DNA of 64,000 bases from an uncultured Flavobacteriaceae bacterium (GTDB taxonomy: Bacteria; Bacteroidota; Bacteroidia; NS11-12g; UBA955). Below, piece by piece: positions 8,743-19,532 of the stretch. Position numbers and translations under genes: made by a program. Position 1 is the stretch's first letter; every line of letters begins with the position of its first letter. The DNA is taken from positions 39-64,038 of the forward strand of contig CAZPHB010000016.1 of NCBI GenBank assembly GCA_964586595.1. Direction: 5' to 3'. The notes beneath the pieces are model-generated. The model did no database searches and was not told the DNA's origin. It saw only the letters and a list, made by a program, of their open reading frames with translations.

Positions 8743-10116
8743 TTAATTCAGCACGTATTGTTGTCCCTTGCCGGGAATATGTGCCTGGGTGAAGTCTATG
8801 TCTTTTTGTAAGGCTTCCATGCAGGTGGCATCGCCATGTACCAGGAAAACCCCTTTCAGTCCGGGGTGGCGCACACCTTCCAGATAGCGCATCAGCCCTT
8901 TGTGGTCGGGGTGCGCGCTGAACACGTCGGTGCGGGCTACGCGCGCATATACTTCACGCTCGGTGCGGTTGATTTCTACGGTGCGCTGTCCGTGCAGCAA
9001 ACGGTAGCCTAAAGTCCCTTCAGCGCAATAACCTGCGATGAGGATGGTGGCGAAGGGATTCTGGATGTTGCGCCGCACGTGTTCCTGTATGCGACCGCCT
9101 TCAACCATTCCTGCGGAGGAAACGATGATTACCGGCTCATTGTAGCTGCTGATGATTTCGGTACTCAGCTCGTCTTCAATCACCTGCAAGCCCGGAAATT
9201 CAAACAAGGCCCTTCCATCTTGTGCGAAGTGTCGGGCATCTTCGTTGAGTTGCGACACATAACGCGCATATACCTGCGTACTTTTGATGGCCAGCGGACT
9301 GTCGGTGAACACCTTCAGCTTTGGAAGCCTGCCGGCGGCCTGCATGCGGTTTAAGGTATAGAGGATGCTTTGTGTGCGGCCCACGCTGAAGGCAGGAATG
9401 ACGAGTTTCCCATTGTATTTCACGCAGGTATCTTCAATGTACTGCGCGAGTTCATCCATCGGGTCGTTGAGGTTTTGGTGCAGACGGCCGCCGTAGGTGC
9501 TTTCCGAAATCAGGTAATCGAGGTCAGGCATGGGTTCCGGATCTACCACCAGTGGCGAGTTCCAGTTCCCTAAATCGCCGGTAAAGCCCACGCGGCGCAC
9601 ACCTTCGGAAGTATGGATGCTGATCACGGCGCTGGCAGCCCCCAGGATGTGTCCGGAGGGGAAAAACTCCACACTCACTTCATCGTTGATGCGCCGTACC
9701 TGCCTGTAAGGCATTTCCACACATTGTGCCATCATGTCGCGGATGTTCACCACGCTGTACAGCGGCTGTTTCTCGGGACCAAATTTCCGGCCTTTGCGTT
9801 TCTTGCCGGGTTTATGCCCGCCCTGTTGATGTTTGGCGAGCTCGGCGCGTTGGATGTTCAGGGAATCTTTCAGCAAAAACTCCGACAATTCCTTCGTTGG
9901 ACCAGTGCACAGCACCTGACCGTGAAACCCTTGGCGCACCAGGTTCGGCATATTCCCGGAATGGTCAATGTGGGCATGGGTGAGGATGACCAGATTGATG
10001 GCGGAAACATCAAAAGGAAAGCTTGCGTTTCGCGCTTCAAACTGATCGCGTTTTTCGTAGTCGAGACCACAATCTACCAGGATGTTAAATCCGGATGGCG
10101 TGGTGAGCAGGTGCAT
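8743..10116 (-). CDS. MBL-fold metallo-hydrolase with beta-CASP/RNA-specificity domain (RNase J/CPSF-like)
   Basis: 'ILTHAHIDHSGNMP' HxHxDH motif; start chosen at MHLLTTPSG; beta-CASP-like C-terminal region. Confidence 0.7.
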   Translation of the reverse strand: MHLLTTPSGFNILVDCGLDYEKRDQFEARNASFPFDVSAINLVILTHAHIDHSGNMPNLVRQGFHGQVLCTGPTKELSEFLLKDSLNIQRAELAKHQQGGHKPGKKRKGRKFGPEKQPLYSVVNIRDMMAQCVEMPYRQVRRINDEVSVEFFPSGHILGAASAVISIHTSEGVRRVGFTGDLGNWNSPLVVDPEPMPDLDYLISESTYGGRLHQNLNDPMDELAQYIEDTCVKYNGKLVIPAFSVGRTQSILYTLNRMQAAGRLPKLKVFTDSPLAIKSTQVYARYVSQLNEDARHFAQDGRALFEFPGLQVIEDELSTEIISSYNEPVIIVSSAGMVEGGRIQEHVRRNIQNPFATILIAGYCAEGTLGYRLLHGQRTVEINRTEREVYARVARTDVFSAHPDHKGLMRYLEGVRHPGLKGVFLVHGDATCMEALQKDIDFTQAHIPGKGQQYVLN

Positions 10117-10242
10117 GCTGCCCGTAACCTGTCGGGCGGCGCCCCAGCAGGTATAGCGTATTTGGTCGTGCAAAGGTTGATTCAAAAAGTGTGTATAAGC
10201 AGGGCGACGGCACTTCGCAGAAACACCGCCGCCCCGGAGCAA

Positions 10243-12780
10243 TTATGATTCGGAAATTTTTTCTTTGGGTTTCACTACCGTAAGCTTCAGCTCTTCAGCG
10301 TCTTTCTTGTGGTCGGCGCGGATTTCATCGCCTTCTTTCACCTGTCCTTTGAGGATTTCTTCGGCCAGGGGTTCTTCCAGGTATTTCTGCAACGCGCGCT
10401 GTAGGGGTCTTGCGCCAAATTCGCTGTCGAAGCCTTTTTCCGCAAGCCATTCCTTCGCGGCCTTGGTAAGTGTTACTTTATAGCCAAGGTCAACAATGCG
10501 TTTCAGCATTTTTTGCATCCGGATGTCCAGAATCTGCAATATTTCCTCTTTACCCAAAGAATTGAACACCACGATGTCATCAACCCGGTTCAGGAACTCG
10601 GGGGCGAAGAACTTCTTCAGCTGGGTTTCAATCACCTGTTTGCTCTCCTTTTCCACGTTCTGCTGCTTGTTTCCGGTGGCGAAGCCCATGCCTGTGCCAA
10701 AATCTTTGAGCTGTCGCGAACCGATGTTGGAAGTCATGATGATGACGGTATTCCGGAAATCCACCTTACGTCCCTGGCTGTCGGTGAGGCGACCTTCATC
10801 GAGCACCTGCAGCATGAGGTTGAACACATCCGGATGGGCTTTTTCCACTTCATCAAAAAGGACCACGCTGTAAGGTTTGCGGCGCACTTTTTCGGTGAGC
10901 AGACCACCTTCTTCATAACCAACATAACCGGGAGGGGCGCCAACCAGACGGCTGACTGCGAACTTCTCCATGTATTCGCTCATGTCAATCCGGATGAGGG
11001 CATCATCGGTGTCGAATAAGTACTGACTCAGCGCCTTGGCCATTTCAGTTTTACCCACGCCTGTGGGGCCAAGGAAGATGAACGAGCCGATGGGCCTATT
11101 CGGGTCTTTCAGTCCGGCGCGGGTGCGCTGAATGGTTTTGGTGAGTTTTTCAACCGCTTTGTCCTGACCAACAACCCGTTTTTTGAGGTCTGCACCCATA
11201 TTCAGCAGTCGCGTGCCTTCGCTTTGGGCGATGCGTTTCATGGGAATGCCGGTCATCATGGCCATTACAGCGGCAATGTCATCTTCACCTACGGTGAATT
11301 TCTCTGTTTTGCTTTGTTCTTCCCAACGTGCTTTAGCCTGTTCGAGTTCTTCCAGCAGTTTCTTTTCGCGGTCGCGCAGCTTGGCAGCTTCTTCATACTT
11401 CTGACTCTTCACCACACGGGTTTTCTCGTGCTTGATTTCTTCGATCTGTGTTTCGAGGGAAGCCACTTCATGCGGCACATGGATGTTGCTGATGTGCACG
11501 CGGGCGCCGGCTTCGTCGAGCACGTCGATGGCTTTATCCGGAAGGTGGCGGTCAGCCATATAGCGCACGCTCAGGTCTACACAGGCCTTCACGGCTTCCG
11601 GCGTATAGCGCACGCCGTGGTGGTCTTCGTATTTGTCTTGGATATTCTTGAGAATTTCGTAGGATTCCTCCACGGTGGCCGGTTCTACAATCACCATTTG
11701 GAAACGGCGTTCAAGGGCGCCGTCTTTTTCAATGTACTGCCGGTATTCGTCCAGCGTGGTGGCGCCAATGCACTGCACTTCGCCACGGGCCAGCGCGGGT
11801 TTGAACATGTTGCTTGCATCCAGGGAGCCGCTGGCGCCTCCGGCACCGACCAAGGTGTGGATTTCGTCAATAAACAAAATCACATCATCGGCTTTTTCCA
11901 GTTCCTGCATGATGGCTTTCATGCGTTCTTCAAACTGCCCACGGTATTTGGTACCTGCAACCAAGCTGGCCAAGTCCAGGGTAACCACGCGCTTGTTGAA
12001 GAGCACCCTGCTCACTTTGCGCTGAATGATGCGGAGCGCCAAACCTTCCACAATGGCAGTTTTGCCGACACCGGGTTCGCCAATCAGCACCGGGTTGTTC
12101 TTTTTCCGACGGCTCAGGATCTGGCAAACGCGTTCAATCTCTTTTTCACGGCCCACGATGGGGTCGAGTTTACCTTCTTCGCCCATGCGGGTCAGGTCGC
12201 GGCCGAAATTGTCGAGCACCGGGGTTTTGCTCTTGGCATTTCCTTTCCCGGATTTGCGCTGTTCGGCAATTTTCTGTTCTTCCCGGTAGAAGTCCTCCGG
12301 CGTTTCCTGATCGTCAGAGGGATGTTCCGCCTCTGGTGTTGTACCGTTCAAACCTTCTTCCACAGCAGATTTGAACGCATCATAACTCACGCCAAACTGA
12401 TTCATGATCTGCGAAGCGATGTTGTCTTCGTCGCGCAGGATGCTCAGCAGCAGGTGTTCGGTTCCGATGATGTCTGATTTGAATATCTTGGCCTCCAGGT
12501 AGGTGATTTTCAGGGCCTTTTCGGCCTGTTTTGTCAAAGGAATATTGCCCAGATTGGCGGCACGGGTTGCGGTTGGCCTGATGGTGTCTTCTACTGCCTT
12601 TTTCAGTCGCAACAGATCAATGTCGAGCACCCGCAGCGTTTGCAGGGCTTTGCCTTCCCCTTCCCTGATGATTCCCAGGAGCAGGTGTTCGGTCCCGATA
12701 TAGTCATGTCCCAGGCGAATGGCTTCCTCGCGGCTGAACTGAATGACTTCCTTAACGCGGGGGGAAAATTTGGCTTCCAT
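10243..12780 (-). CDS. clpC: Clp ATPase, ClpC-like (two AAA+ modules, Clp_N repeats, short UVR-like linker)
   Basis: Double Clp_N '[10 protein letters not shown]'; two Walker A 'GEPGVGKT' / 'GPTGVGKT'; short middle domain rather than the long ClpB coiled coil. Confidence 0.85.
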   Translation of the reverse strand: MEAKFSPRVKEVIQFSREEAIRLGHDYIGTEHLLLGIIREGEGKALQTLRVLDIDLLRLKKAVEDTIRPTATRAANLGNIPLTKQAEKALKITYLEAKIFKSDIIGTEHLLLSILRDEDNIASQIMNQFGVSYDAFKSAVEEGLNGTTPEAEHPSDDQETPEDFYREEQKIAEQRKSGKGNAKSKTPVLDNFGRDLTRMGEEGKLDPIVGREKEIERVCQILSRRKKNNPVLIGEPGVGKTAIVEGLALRIIQRKVSRVLFNKRVVTLDLASLVAGTKYRGQFEERMKAIMQELEKADDVILFIDEIHTLVGAGGASGSLDASNMFKPALARGEVQCIGATTLDEYRQYIEKDGALERRFQMVIVEPATVEESYEILKNIQDKYEDHHGVRYTPEAVKACVDLSVRYMADRHLPDKAIDVLDEAGARVHISNIHVPHEVASLETQIEEIKHEKTRVVKSQKYEEAAKLRDREKKLLEELEQAKARWEEQSKTEKFTVGEDDIAAVMAMMTGIPMKRIAQSEGTRLLNMGADLKKRVVGQDKAVEKLTKTIQRTRAGLKDPNRPIGSFIFLGPTGVGKTEMAKALSQYLFDTDDALIRIDMSEYMEKFAVSRLVGAPPGYVGYEEGGLLTEKVRRKPYSVVLFDEVEKAHPDVFNLMLQVLDEGRLTDSQGRKVDFRNTVIIMTSNIGSRQLKDFGTGMGFATGNKQQNVEKESKQVIETQLKKFFAPEFLNRVDDIVVFNSLGKEEILQILDIRMQKMLKRIVDLGYKVTLTKAAKEWLAEKGFDSEFGARPLQRALQKYLEEPLAEEILKGQVKEGDEIRADHKKDAEELKLTVVKPKEKISES

Positions 12781-13225
12781 GTTTCTTCCTCAAAAATAGT
12801 TGATTATTCATACAGGAATTCATCTTTTGTGTCTGTTGGCGGCTGTTTAAGAAATGCATGCCATGCAAATCAAAAATTACGCAGCAGAAATGTGGATAGA
12901 AATTCCCTTTCGCCGTTGCATTGCAAATTCAGTACCATGCACAGGCCGCTGACAAAGTTGCACCCTTGCGCATGTGTTGCCGCTGTACAGGACTGAAATT
13001 TCGTATGTGATTCAAGCCCAGGATCGCCTTGTCACAAAAACAGACGTTTGGCCCGAATGTGCATAACAAATGCAGCTTTTTCAGGCATCTACGGAACCCA
13101 AATTGCGGTTTTCCACACTTTAAACACATATTCAAAACTTGTCGTGGAAAGAAGTTTCCGTGGATATTTAGGCGCATCGGGTTCGGCAACTTACCGGTAC
13201 TTTTGATGGTTCGGAACGGTTCAAC

Positions 13226-14740
13226 ATGGAGAAAGAAAAGCGAAGATTAAAACCTACACACATCAACCCAATGGAACTGGGAGGCAAATTACCGCCCCAG
13301 GCCAGAGAACTGGAAGAAGCCGTACTGGGTGCCATGATGTTGGAGAAAGAGAAGATTACTGAAGTCATTGAAATCCTTTCCGAGGACCACTTTTATGTAG
13401 ATCAGAACAAATACGTATTCAAGGCCATTCAGGAAATGTTTGGCGACGGCGAAGCCATTGATTTGCTTACCGTTACCCAAAAACTAAGAAATTCCGGAAC
13501 CTTGGAACTGGCAGGCGGCAGCTATTACCTGGCGCAGCTGACCAACAGGGTTACCAGCGGCGCACACGTGGAATACCATGCGCGGATCCTTACCCAAAAG
13601 TTCATCCAGCGCGAGCTGATCCGGGTTTCCGGAGAAATTTCCCGTGAGGCTTACGAAGATGTGACCGATGCCTTCAAGCTTTTGGATGAAAGCGAACGCG
13701 GCTTGTACGACATCAAGAATCGAAGCCTGAAGAAAGGCTTTTCTTCCATCAGCACCTTGCTGCACAAGGCCATCACCGACATCCAGAGCAAGGAGAAAAC
13801 CGAAGGTGGCCTGACCGGTATTGCCTCCGGGTTTACCAACCTGGACCGGATTACCAGCGGATTTCAGAAGAGTGACCTGATCATCGTGGCGGCACGTCCG
13901 GGCATGGGTAAAACGGCTTTTGCCCTTTCCATAGCGCGGAATGCGGCGGTGAATTTCGACAAGGCAGTGGCCATCTTCTCGCTGGAAATGCAGGATTTGC
14001 AGCTGGTGAACCGACTCATCAGCGCCGAAGCAGAAATCGCCAGCGACCGCATCCGCAGTGCCAGCCTGAACGAAGAAGAATGGCGCCGCCTGCACCAACG
14101 CACCGTGCGTTTGGACAAATCCAGGATTTACCTTGACGATACGCCACAGCTTTCCGTGTTCGACCTAAAGGCGAAATGCCGGCGCATGCACAGCCAGCAT
14201 GGGCTCGACATGATTGTGATCGACTACCTGCAGCTGATGCGTGCCGATGACAAGAACATCAACAACCGCGAACAGGAAATCAGCCATATTTCGCGTTCCC
14301 TGAAAAGCCTGGCCAAGGAACTCGACGTTCCGGTCATCGCCCTCGCACAGTTGAGTCGTGAAGTTGAAAAACGTGCGGACAAACGACCCATGCTCAGCGA
14401 CTTGCGCGAATCCGGAAGTATTGAACAGGATGCCGATTTGGTGATGTTCCTGTATCGCCAGGATTACCACGGCAATACACATGATGCAGAGGGCAACAAC
14501 ATCCAGGGCCAATGTGAAATCATCCTGGCAAAACACCGCCACGGCGAAACAGGATCTGCTCCTGCCCGCTTCGTGGGTCAGTACTCCAGGTTTGAAGATC
14601 TGGGCAGCGATACCATGAACAATGGATACGACAACAGCGGCATCATGACCTTCTCCAGCAAGATGAATGATGACGATGCAGGTGGCGGCTATACCGGCGG
14701 CTCCTTCGGCGCCATGATTGTTGAAGATCCACCATTCTAA
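13226..14740 (+). CDS. dnaB: replicative DNA helicase
   Basis: DnaB N-terminal domain; Walker A 'ARPGMGKT'; 'FSLEM' and 'IALAQLSR' motifs. Confidence 0.9.
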   Translation: MEKEKRRLKPTHINPMELGGKLPPQARELEEAVLGAMMLEKEKITEVIEILSEDHFYVDQNKYVFKAIQEMFGDGEAIDLLTVTQKLRNSGTLELAGGSYYLAQLTNRVTSGAHVEYHARILTQKFIQRELIRVSGEISREAYEDVTDAFKLLDESERGLYDIKNRSLKKGFSSISTLLHKAITDIQSKEKTEGGLTGIASGFTNLDRITSGFQKSDLIIVAARPGMGKTAFALSIARNAAVNFDKAVAIFSLEMQDLQLVNRLISAEAEIASDRIRSASLNEEEWRRLHQRTVRLDKSRIYLDDTPQLSVFDLKAKCRRMHSQHGLDMIVIDYLQLMRADDKNINNREQEISHISRSLKSLAKELDVPVIALAQLSREVEKRADKRPMLSDLRESGSIEQDADLVMFLYRQDYHGNTHDAEGNNIQGQCEIILAKHRHGETGSAPARFVGQYSRFEDLGSDTMNNGYDNSGIMTFSSKMNDDDAGGGYTGGSFGAMIVEDPPF

Positions 14741-14760
14741 CACCAAGTTTGATACAACAA

Positions 14761-14792
14761 AAAAGCCCCGGAATCCGGGGCTTTTTTGTTGT
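14761..14792 (+). terminator. Rho-independent terminator after dnaB
   Basis: aaaaagccccggaatccggggcttttttgtt: GC hairpin followed by a T-run. Confidence 0.8.
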
Positions 14793-15058
14793 GGTGTTTT
14801 CGTCAATCAATGTGCATCCTGCAGTTGCTCCAGGTTCGTTTTGTGGCCTTCGCGAAGTGCTCCCGCGTCACATGGCTGTTGTCATTTAGGGGGCAACATC
14901 CTTCGACAAGCTTCCCCGAGGCTTCCGCGCATCACCTCGCTTGCGGGGCAAGCAGCCCGGGACCCACTGCGTTCCCCCGGGACAAGCAAGGATGACAGAG
15001 GTTTCAGCAGGATGACAGAGGTTTGATCAAGATGAAAATATGCTCGTGATGTTTTTCC

Positions 15059-16558
15059 TTAAGGTGTTTTTTCCGAGGGGAGTTTCACGGCATAAATCTG
15101 TTCTTTCCCATCGGCATATTTTCCTTCAATGGTGATGCTTCCTTTCAAACCTTCGAGGGCGAGTACTGCCCCGGATGTGCTGTACACGGGCTCATTTTGA
15201 ATATGCGTGATGATGAACCCTGGCTTGATGCCGGCATCTTTGAATACGCCATCTACAGCTTCCACACGAACCCCGTTTTTGAGGTTCAGCGCTGCGCGTT
15301 CTTCGCGGGTGGAGGGCTGGAGTTTCAAACCCTTGAATTCCGCATTGTTGGCTTGTTTCGCCGCTTCTGTGGACGTTTTCCCGTCTTCGCTTTGAAGCAC
15401 TGCTTCCACTTCTTTTTCAGAACCAGTGCGCAGCACTTTAACCTTTAGCTTGTCGCCGGGGCGGTATTTGCCTACTTCGCCCTGCAGTGCAGCTGAGCTG
15501 TTCACCGCCACGCCGTTGATGGCCAGAATCACATCGCCTTGCTTGACCCCCGCCTTTTTGGCGGCGCCTCCGTCCACCACCTCTGCCACATAAACGCCAT
15601 TGAGGCTTTTCAGCTGTTCGCGGTCGGCCAGATCCTGGGTAATGTCCTGAATGGAAACACCCAACAATCCGCGTTGCACTTTGCCGAAGTTGAGCAGATC
15701 ATCCACAACTTTTTTCACCAGGTTCACCGGAATGGCAAAGCCATAACCCACATAACTGCCGGTTTCGCTGGCAATGGCTGTATTGATGCCGATCAGTTCA
15801 CCGGAGGTATTCACCAATGCTCCACCGCTGTTTCCGGGGTTGATGGCGGCGTCTGTCTGGATGAAGTTCTCGATGGCGTATTTATTTCCCTGGCTGCGGA
15901 TGAGGTCGATGTTGCGGCCCATGGCGCTCACAATGCCTGAGGTAACGGTACTGGTCAGGTTGAATGGATTACCTACGGCAACCACCCACTGGCCAACCTT
16001 AAGGGTTTCGCTGTTGCCGTACTTCAGAAACGGCAATCCGGTTTGATCGATGCGGATCAGCGCGATGTCGGTATTCGGATCGGCGCCAACCAAATCGGCC
16101 ACAAAAGTGCGTTTGTCGTTCAATACCACTTCTATTTTGCTGGCCCCATTCACCACGTGGTTGTTGGTGATGATGTACCCGTCGTCGGTAACAATTACCC
16201 CCGAACCGCTGCCGCTGCGCGGGGTATTGGGCATTTCAAAGCGGAAGTTTGGATTGTTAAAGAATCCAAAAGGATCCATTTGTGGCGGCATACCGCCTTG
16301 TGCAGATTTTGGAGCGGCACTGATGGTTTTGATATGCACCACGGCTGCGGTGGCTACTTCTGCCACAGCGGTGAAATCAAACGCCGGGGTACCGTTGATG
16401 CTGGCGAAACGTGCGGCATAAGGAGCTGCCTGCTGCCTTGCTTCAATGGAACCCAAAACGGCGCGGTTGCTGACCCAGCGATTCAGGGCCAGAGCCCCGG
16501 CGCCACCCAAAAAGGCGGCCAGAATCAGAATTCCTGTTTTCTTTAGTGTTCCGTTCAT
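15059..16558 (-). CDS. htrA: periplasmic serine endoprotease DegP/HtrA (trypsin domain + 2 PDZ)
   Basis: 'GNSGGAL' catalytic Ser motif; signal peptide; two PDZ-like C-terminal regions. Confidence 0.9.
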   Translation of the reverse strand: MNGTLKKTGILILAAFLGGAGALALNRWVSNRAVLGSIEARQQAAPYAARFASINGTPAFDFTAVAEVATAAVVHIKTISAAPKSAQGGMPPQMDPFGFFNNPNFRFEMPNTPRSGSGSGVIVTDDGYIITNNHVVNGASKIEVVLNDKRTFVADLVGADPNTDIALIRIDQTGLPFLKYGNSETLKVGQWVVAVGNPFNLTSTVTSGIVSAMGRNIDLIRSQGNKYAIENFIQTDAAINPGNSGGALVNTSGELIGINTAIASETGSYVGYGFAIPVNLVKKVVDDLLNFGKVQRGLLGVSIQDITQDLADREQLKSLNGVYVAEVVDGGAAKKAGVKQGDVILAINGVAVNSSAALQGEVGKYRPGDKLKVKVLRTGSEKEVEAVLQSEDGKTSTEAAKQANNAEFKGLKLQPSTREERAALNLKNGVRVEAVDGVFKDAGIKPGFIITHIQNEPVYSTSGAVLALEGLKGSITIEGKYADGKEQIYAVKLPSEKTP

Positions 16559-16702
16559 GGTTCAAAAGTGTTTAAGTTTCTTGTTGGCCTTTTCAATTTT
16601 TATTCCAAAGAGGTGCATGATAAACCCAAATACAGCAGACTTATTTTATTTTCGAGGCTGCCTTTTACCTCTATCGACGAAAAGGTATCAAATATCCGTG
16701 AA

Positions 16703-17269
16703 ATGTTCGGTTCGAGGACACCGGGAGACGAGGAGATTCGCTCCATGATCAGCGCAGGCAACCAGGAAGCCCTGGTGATTCTATACCGCAAACACCATCA
16801 GATGCTCCGGAAATATGTGCTGAACAATCAGGGATCACGGGAAGATGCTGAAGACTTAATCCAGGAAGTTCTGGTGGCGGCCTGGCAAAATGCGCAAAAA
16901 GCCGACTTCACCCTCAGCGCCGGTTGGGGTACTTATCTGATGGCCATCGGGCGGAACCAATGGCTGAAACAACTGCGGAAACAGTTGCGCTTCAGCGACC
17001 AGGATCCTGCAGATGCTGAAAAAATGTCAGCCAATGTCAGCACCGATCGCCTCGACCTGAAGAAAGTGGTACAAATGGTGGAACAACTGGATGAGAATTG
17101 CCGCAAGCTGCTTACGCTGTTCTATTTCGAGTCGCTCGACATGGAACAAATTGCCCTGCGGTTGGGTTATAACAATGCCGCAACCACCAAGGCGAAGAAA
17201 TACCAATGTTTTAAACGACTGGAAGAAAAAGTTAAAGCTCAATTCAACAAAGAAGATTTTTTAGGCTGA
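16703..17269 (+). CDS. ECF (sigma-70 family, group 4) RNA polymerase sigma factor
   Basis: Region 2 'DLIQEVLVAAW'; region 4 HTH 'EQIALRLGYNNAATTKAKKYQCFKRL'; divergent from htrA. Confidence 0.8.
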   Translation: MFGSRTPGDEEIRSMISAGNQEALVILYRKHHQMLRKYVLNNQGSREDAEDLIQEVLVAAWQNAQKADFTLSAGWGTYLMAIGRNQWLKQLRKQLRFSDQDPADAEKMSANVSTDRLDLKKVVQMVEQLDENCRKLLTLFYFESLDMEQIALRLGYNNAATTKAKKYQCFKRLEEKVKAQFNKEDFLG

Positions 17270-17273
17270 AGTC

Positions 17274-18269
17274 ATGACCAATCCCGTAGATCATAGTGAA
17301 TGGATAGACCGCTACCTGCGCGGGGAACTGCGGGGTGAAGAGCTGGAATTGTTTGAACGCCGGCTCAGGCAGGATGCTGCTTTTTCTCTGGAGTTCAACA
17401 CCCAAAAGCTGCTTGCCGAAGGCATCCGCCAGGCGCGCAGGGATGAATTGAAACGCTACATCGCCCAAAGAACCCGTCAACGGGTGATTACCCTTCCACG
17501 CAACCGGAGTTTCTTGATTGGCATCGCTGCATCCATTGCGCTGTTCGCCGCCGGATGGCTGGGTTGGAAGTCCGTTTTGCCTAAGGTAGAAACCTCTGTA
17601 GTTGCCTCGAACAATCCTGCACCGGGAACCAATGCGCCTGAATCCGGGATTTCGGCATTGCCTCCGCAATCCAACGCCCAGAAAGACCATACACTCAGCC
17701 GAACACAGGAAGAAGTCGTCGCAGTAGTCACACCGGATGCCAACCAGGAATTGGCGGAAGATGCGCCCACAAATTTTCAGGATGACGCCGGCGTTCCTGA
17801 ATCTGACATGCAACTTCCGGCTCCGGCCGAACCCGCTCCTGAACTTGTGGCCAGCGTTCGCTTAGCCCTCGCAGAATGGGAACAAAATGAAACCACGGCG
17901 GGCAATACGGCAGATCAGGTAAGCACCACAAAAGCGATGAAGAAGGTTCCTGAAAAGGCGCCAACTACATCGGATGAATCGTTTGCATCGGCACCTCAGA
18001 CCATCCGAAGAGACAACAGCATTCAAGCCCAATACGATTTGGTGTTCCTGAAGGTACCCGAACCCGGAATCAGCTATGAAATCAAAAGCGGAAATCAGAT
18101 CGTCATCAACAACCTCGATTATCTGAACCCCCTGTTGATCAGATATCGGTCGCGTTACTTCCTGAAAAGTGCGGGCCAATGGTATGAACTGAACATGCAA
18201 ACCAAAGGAAGGCAGCCGCTTGTGGCTTTAAAAGACAAAACCCTGTTGAATGAATTCGGCAACGAATGA
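17274..18269 (+). CDS. anti-sigma factor (single TM, N-terminal sigma-binding region)
   Basis: Immediately follows the ECF sigma; 'YLRGELRGEELELFERRL' anti-sigma N-domain; TM 'FLIGIAASIALFAAGWLGW'. Confidence 0.6.
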   Translation: MTNPVDHSEWIDRYLRGELRGEELELFERRLRQDAAFSLEFNTQKLLAEGIRQARRDELKRYIAQRTRQRVITLPRNRSFLIGIAASIALFAAGWLGWKSVLPKVETSVVASNNPAPGTNAPESGISALPPQSNAQKDHTLSRTQEEVVAVVTPDANQELAEDAPTNFQDDAGVPESDMQLPAPAEPAPELVASVRLALAEWEQNETTAGNTADQVSTTKAMKKVPEKAPTTSDESFASAPQTIRRDNSIQAQYDLVFLKVPEPGISYEIKSGNQIVINNLDYLNPLLIRYRSRYFLKSAGQWYELNMQTKGRQPLVALKDKTLLNEFGNE

Positions 18270-19042
18270 AATTCTATAAATACCACGGCGCAGGCAATGA
18301 TTTCATCCTGCTGGACAACCGCGACGGCAGCATTGCCCCGCTTCCCGTTCAGGACTGGTGCAACCGTCATACCGGCATCGGCGCAGATGGGCTGATGTTG
18401 CTGGAACAAGACACTGCTTTGGACTTCCGGATGGTTTATTACAACAGCGACGGCAAACTGAGCACGCTTTGTGGCAATGGTGCCCGCTGCATCACGCGTT
18501 TCGCTGCCGACCTGGGCCTGATCAAAGGACAAACAGCACGGTTCACGGCGGCAGATGGTCCGCACGAAGCACGACTACTTCCTGACGGAAACATCGCGCT
18601 GCAGATGAACGACGTGCGCCATGTGGAACAACAGGGCGAAGACCTGATCCTGCACACGGGTTCTCCACATTACCTCATCTTCACCGACCGCGACCCCAAC
18701 GCCTACGACTTGCTTACGCTGGCACATCGGGTGCGTTATTCAGAGGCTTATGCCGAAGCAGGCATCAACGTAAACCTGGTAGAACAGCGCAGCCCCGATA
18801 CCCTGTTCATGCGCACTTATGAGCGCGGCGTGGAAAACGAAACCCTGAGCTGCGGCACAGGAGTTACTGCGGCTGCTTTAGGCACCCATGCCCGGAATAA
18901 AGGCAATGAAGGACATCATGAAGTGCATGTTCATACCCCGGGCGGCATCCTGCACGTGGCCTTCGATTTTCAACAGGAAATGTACCGCAACATTGTGCTC
19001 ACCGGCCCTGCAGTAAAGGTTTTTGAAGGATTCATTTCATAG
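18266..19042 (+). CDS. dapF: diaminopimelate epimerase
   Basis: Two catalytic-Cys motifs 'CGNGARC' and 'SCGTG'; ATGA overlap with the upstream gene. Confidence 0.85.
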   Translation: MKFYKYHGAGNDFILLDNRDGSIAPLPVQDWCNRHTGIGADGLMLLEQDTALDFRMVYYNSDGKLSTLCGNGARCITRFAADLGLIKGQTARFTAADGPHEARLLPDGNIALQMNDVRHVEQQGEDLILHTGSPHYLIFTDRDPNAYDLLTLAHRVRYSEAYAEAGINVNLVEQRSPDTLFMRTYERGVENETLSCGTGVTAAALGTHARNKGNEGHHEVHVHTPGGILHVAFDFQQEMYRNIVLTGPAVKVFEGFIS

Positions 19043-19532
19043 CAGGCAGCGCCTGTTCCAGCATTTCCAGGATGCGAAACACCGCAGGACATATACTGCT
19101 GTTGGTCACCGCCAGATCGAGCTTCTGTACCATTTTCCGGTGCTGCGTATGCGGAAATTCCCGGCAGGCTTTCGGACGGTATTCATAAACGCCGCAATAG
19201 CGGTCGGCGCCTAAAAAGGGACAAGGTGTTTGTTTTAAGGCATAGATGCCGTCGGTATCTAAAAACAGGTATTGCTCGATAAAAGCGCCCGGTTTCATGC
19301 GCAAATGGGCGGCCAGCCGTTCAATGTCCTTGTCGAAAAACATCGGGCTTGTGGTGCTGCAACAGTTGGCGCATTGCAGGCAATCCATCGTTTGAAACGT
19401 TTCTTCATGCGCTTCCTCAAACCATTCGTCCACCCGATTTGGCGGGCGTTTTTTGATGGCTTTCACGGTTTTACGGAAGGCTTCGCGCTTTTTGCGCGCC
19501 ATTTCCTGCAATCCGTCGGCAGGATGACTCAC
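19032..19532 (-). CDS. YkgJ/UPF0153 family cysteine-cluster (putative Zn/Fe-binding) protein
   Basis: 'CLQCANCC' and 'CPFL...YC' cysteine cluster. Confidence 0.6.
   Translation of the reverse strand: MSHPADGLQEMARKKREAFRKTVKAIKKRPPNRVDEWFEEAHEETFQTMDCLQCANCCSTTSPMFFDKDIERLAAHLRMKPGAFIEQYLFLDTDGIYALKQTPCPFLGADRYCGVYEYRPKACREFPHTQHRKMVQKLDLAVTNSSICPAVFRILEMLEQALPAMK

Noticed and set aside
10117-10242. 42-codon N-terminal extension of the MBL beta-CASP ORF
   Set aside because: Arg/Gly-rich, overlaps the clpC stop region; the conserved protein begins at MHLLTTPSG.
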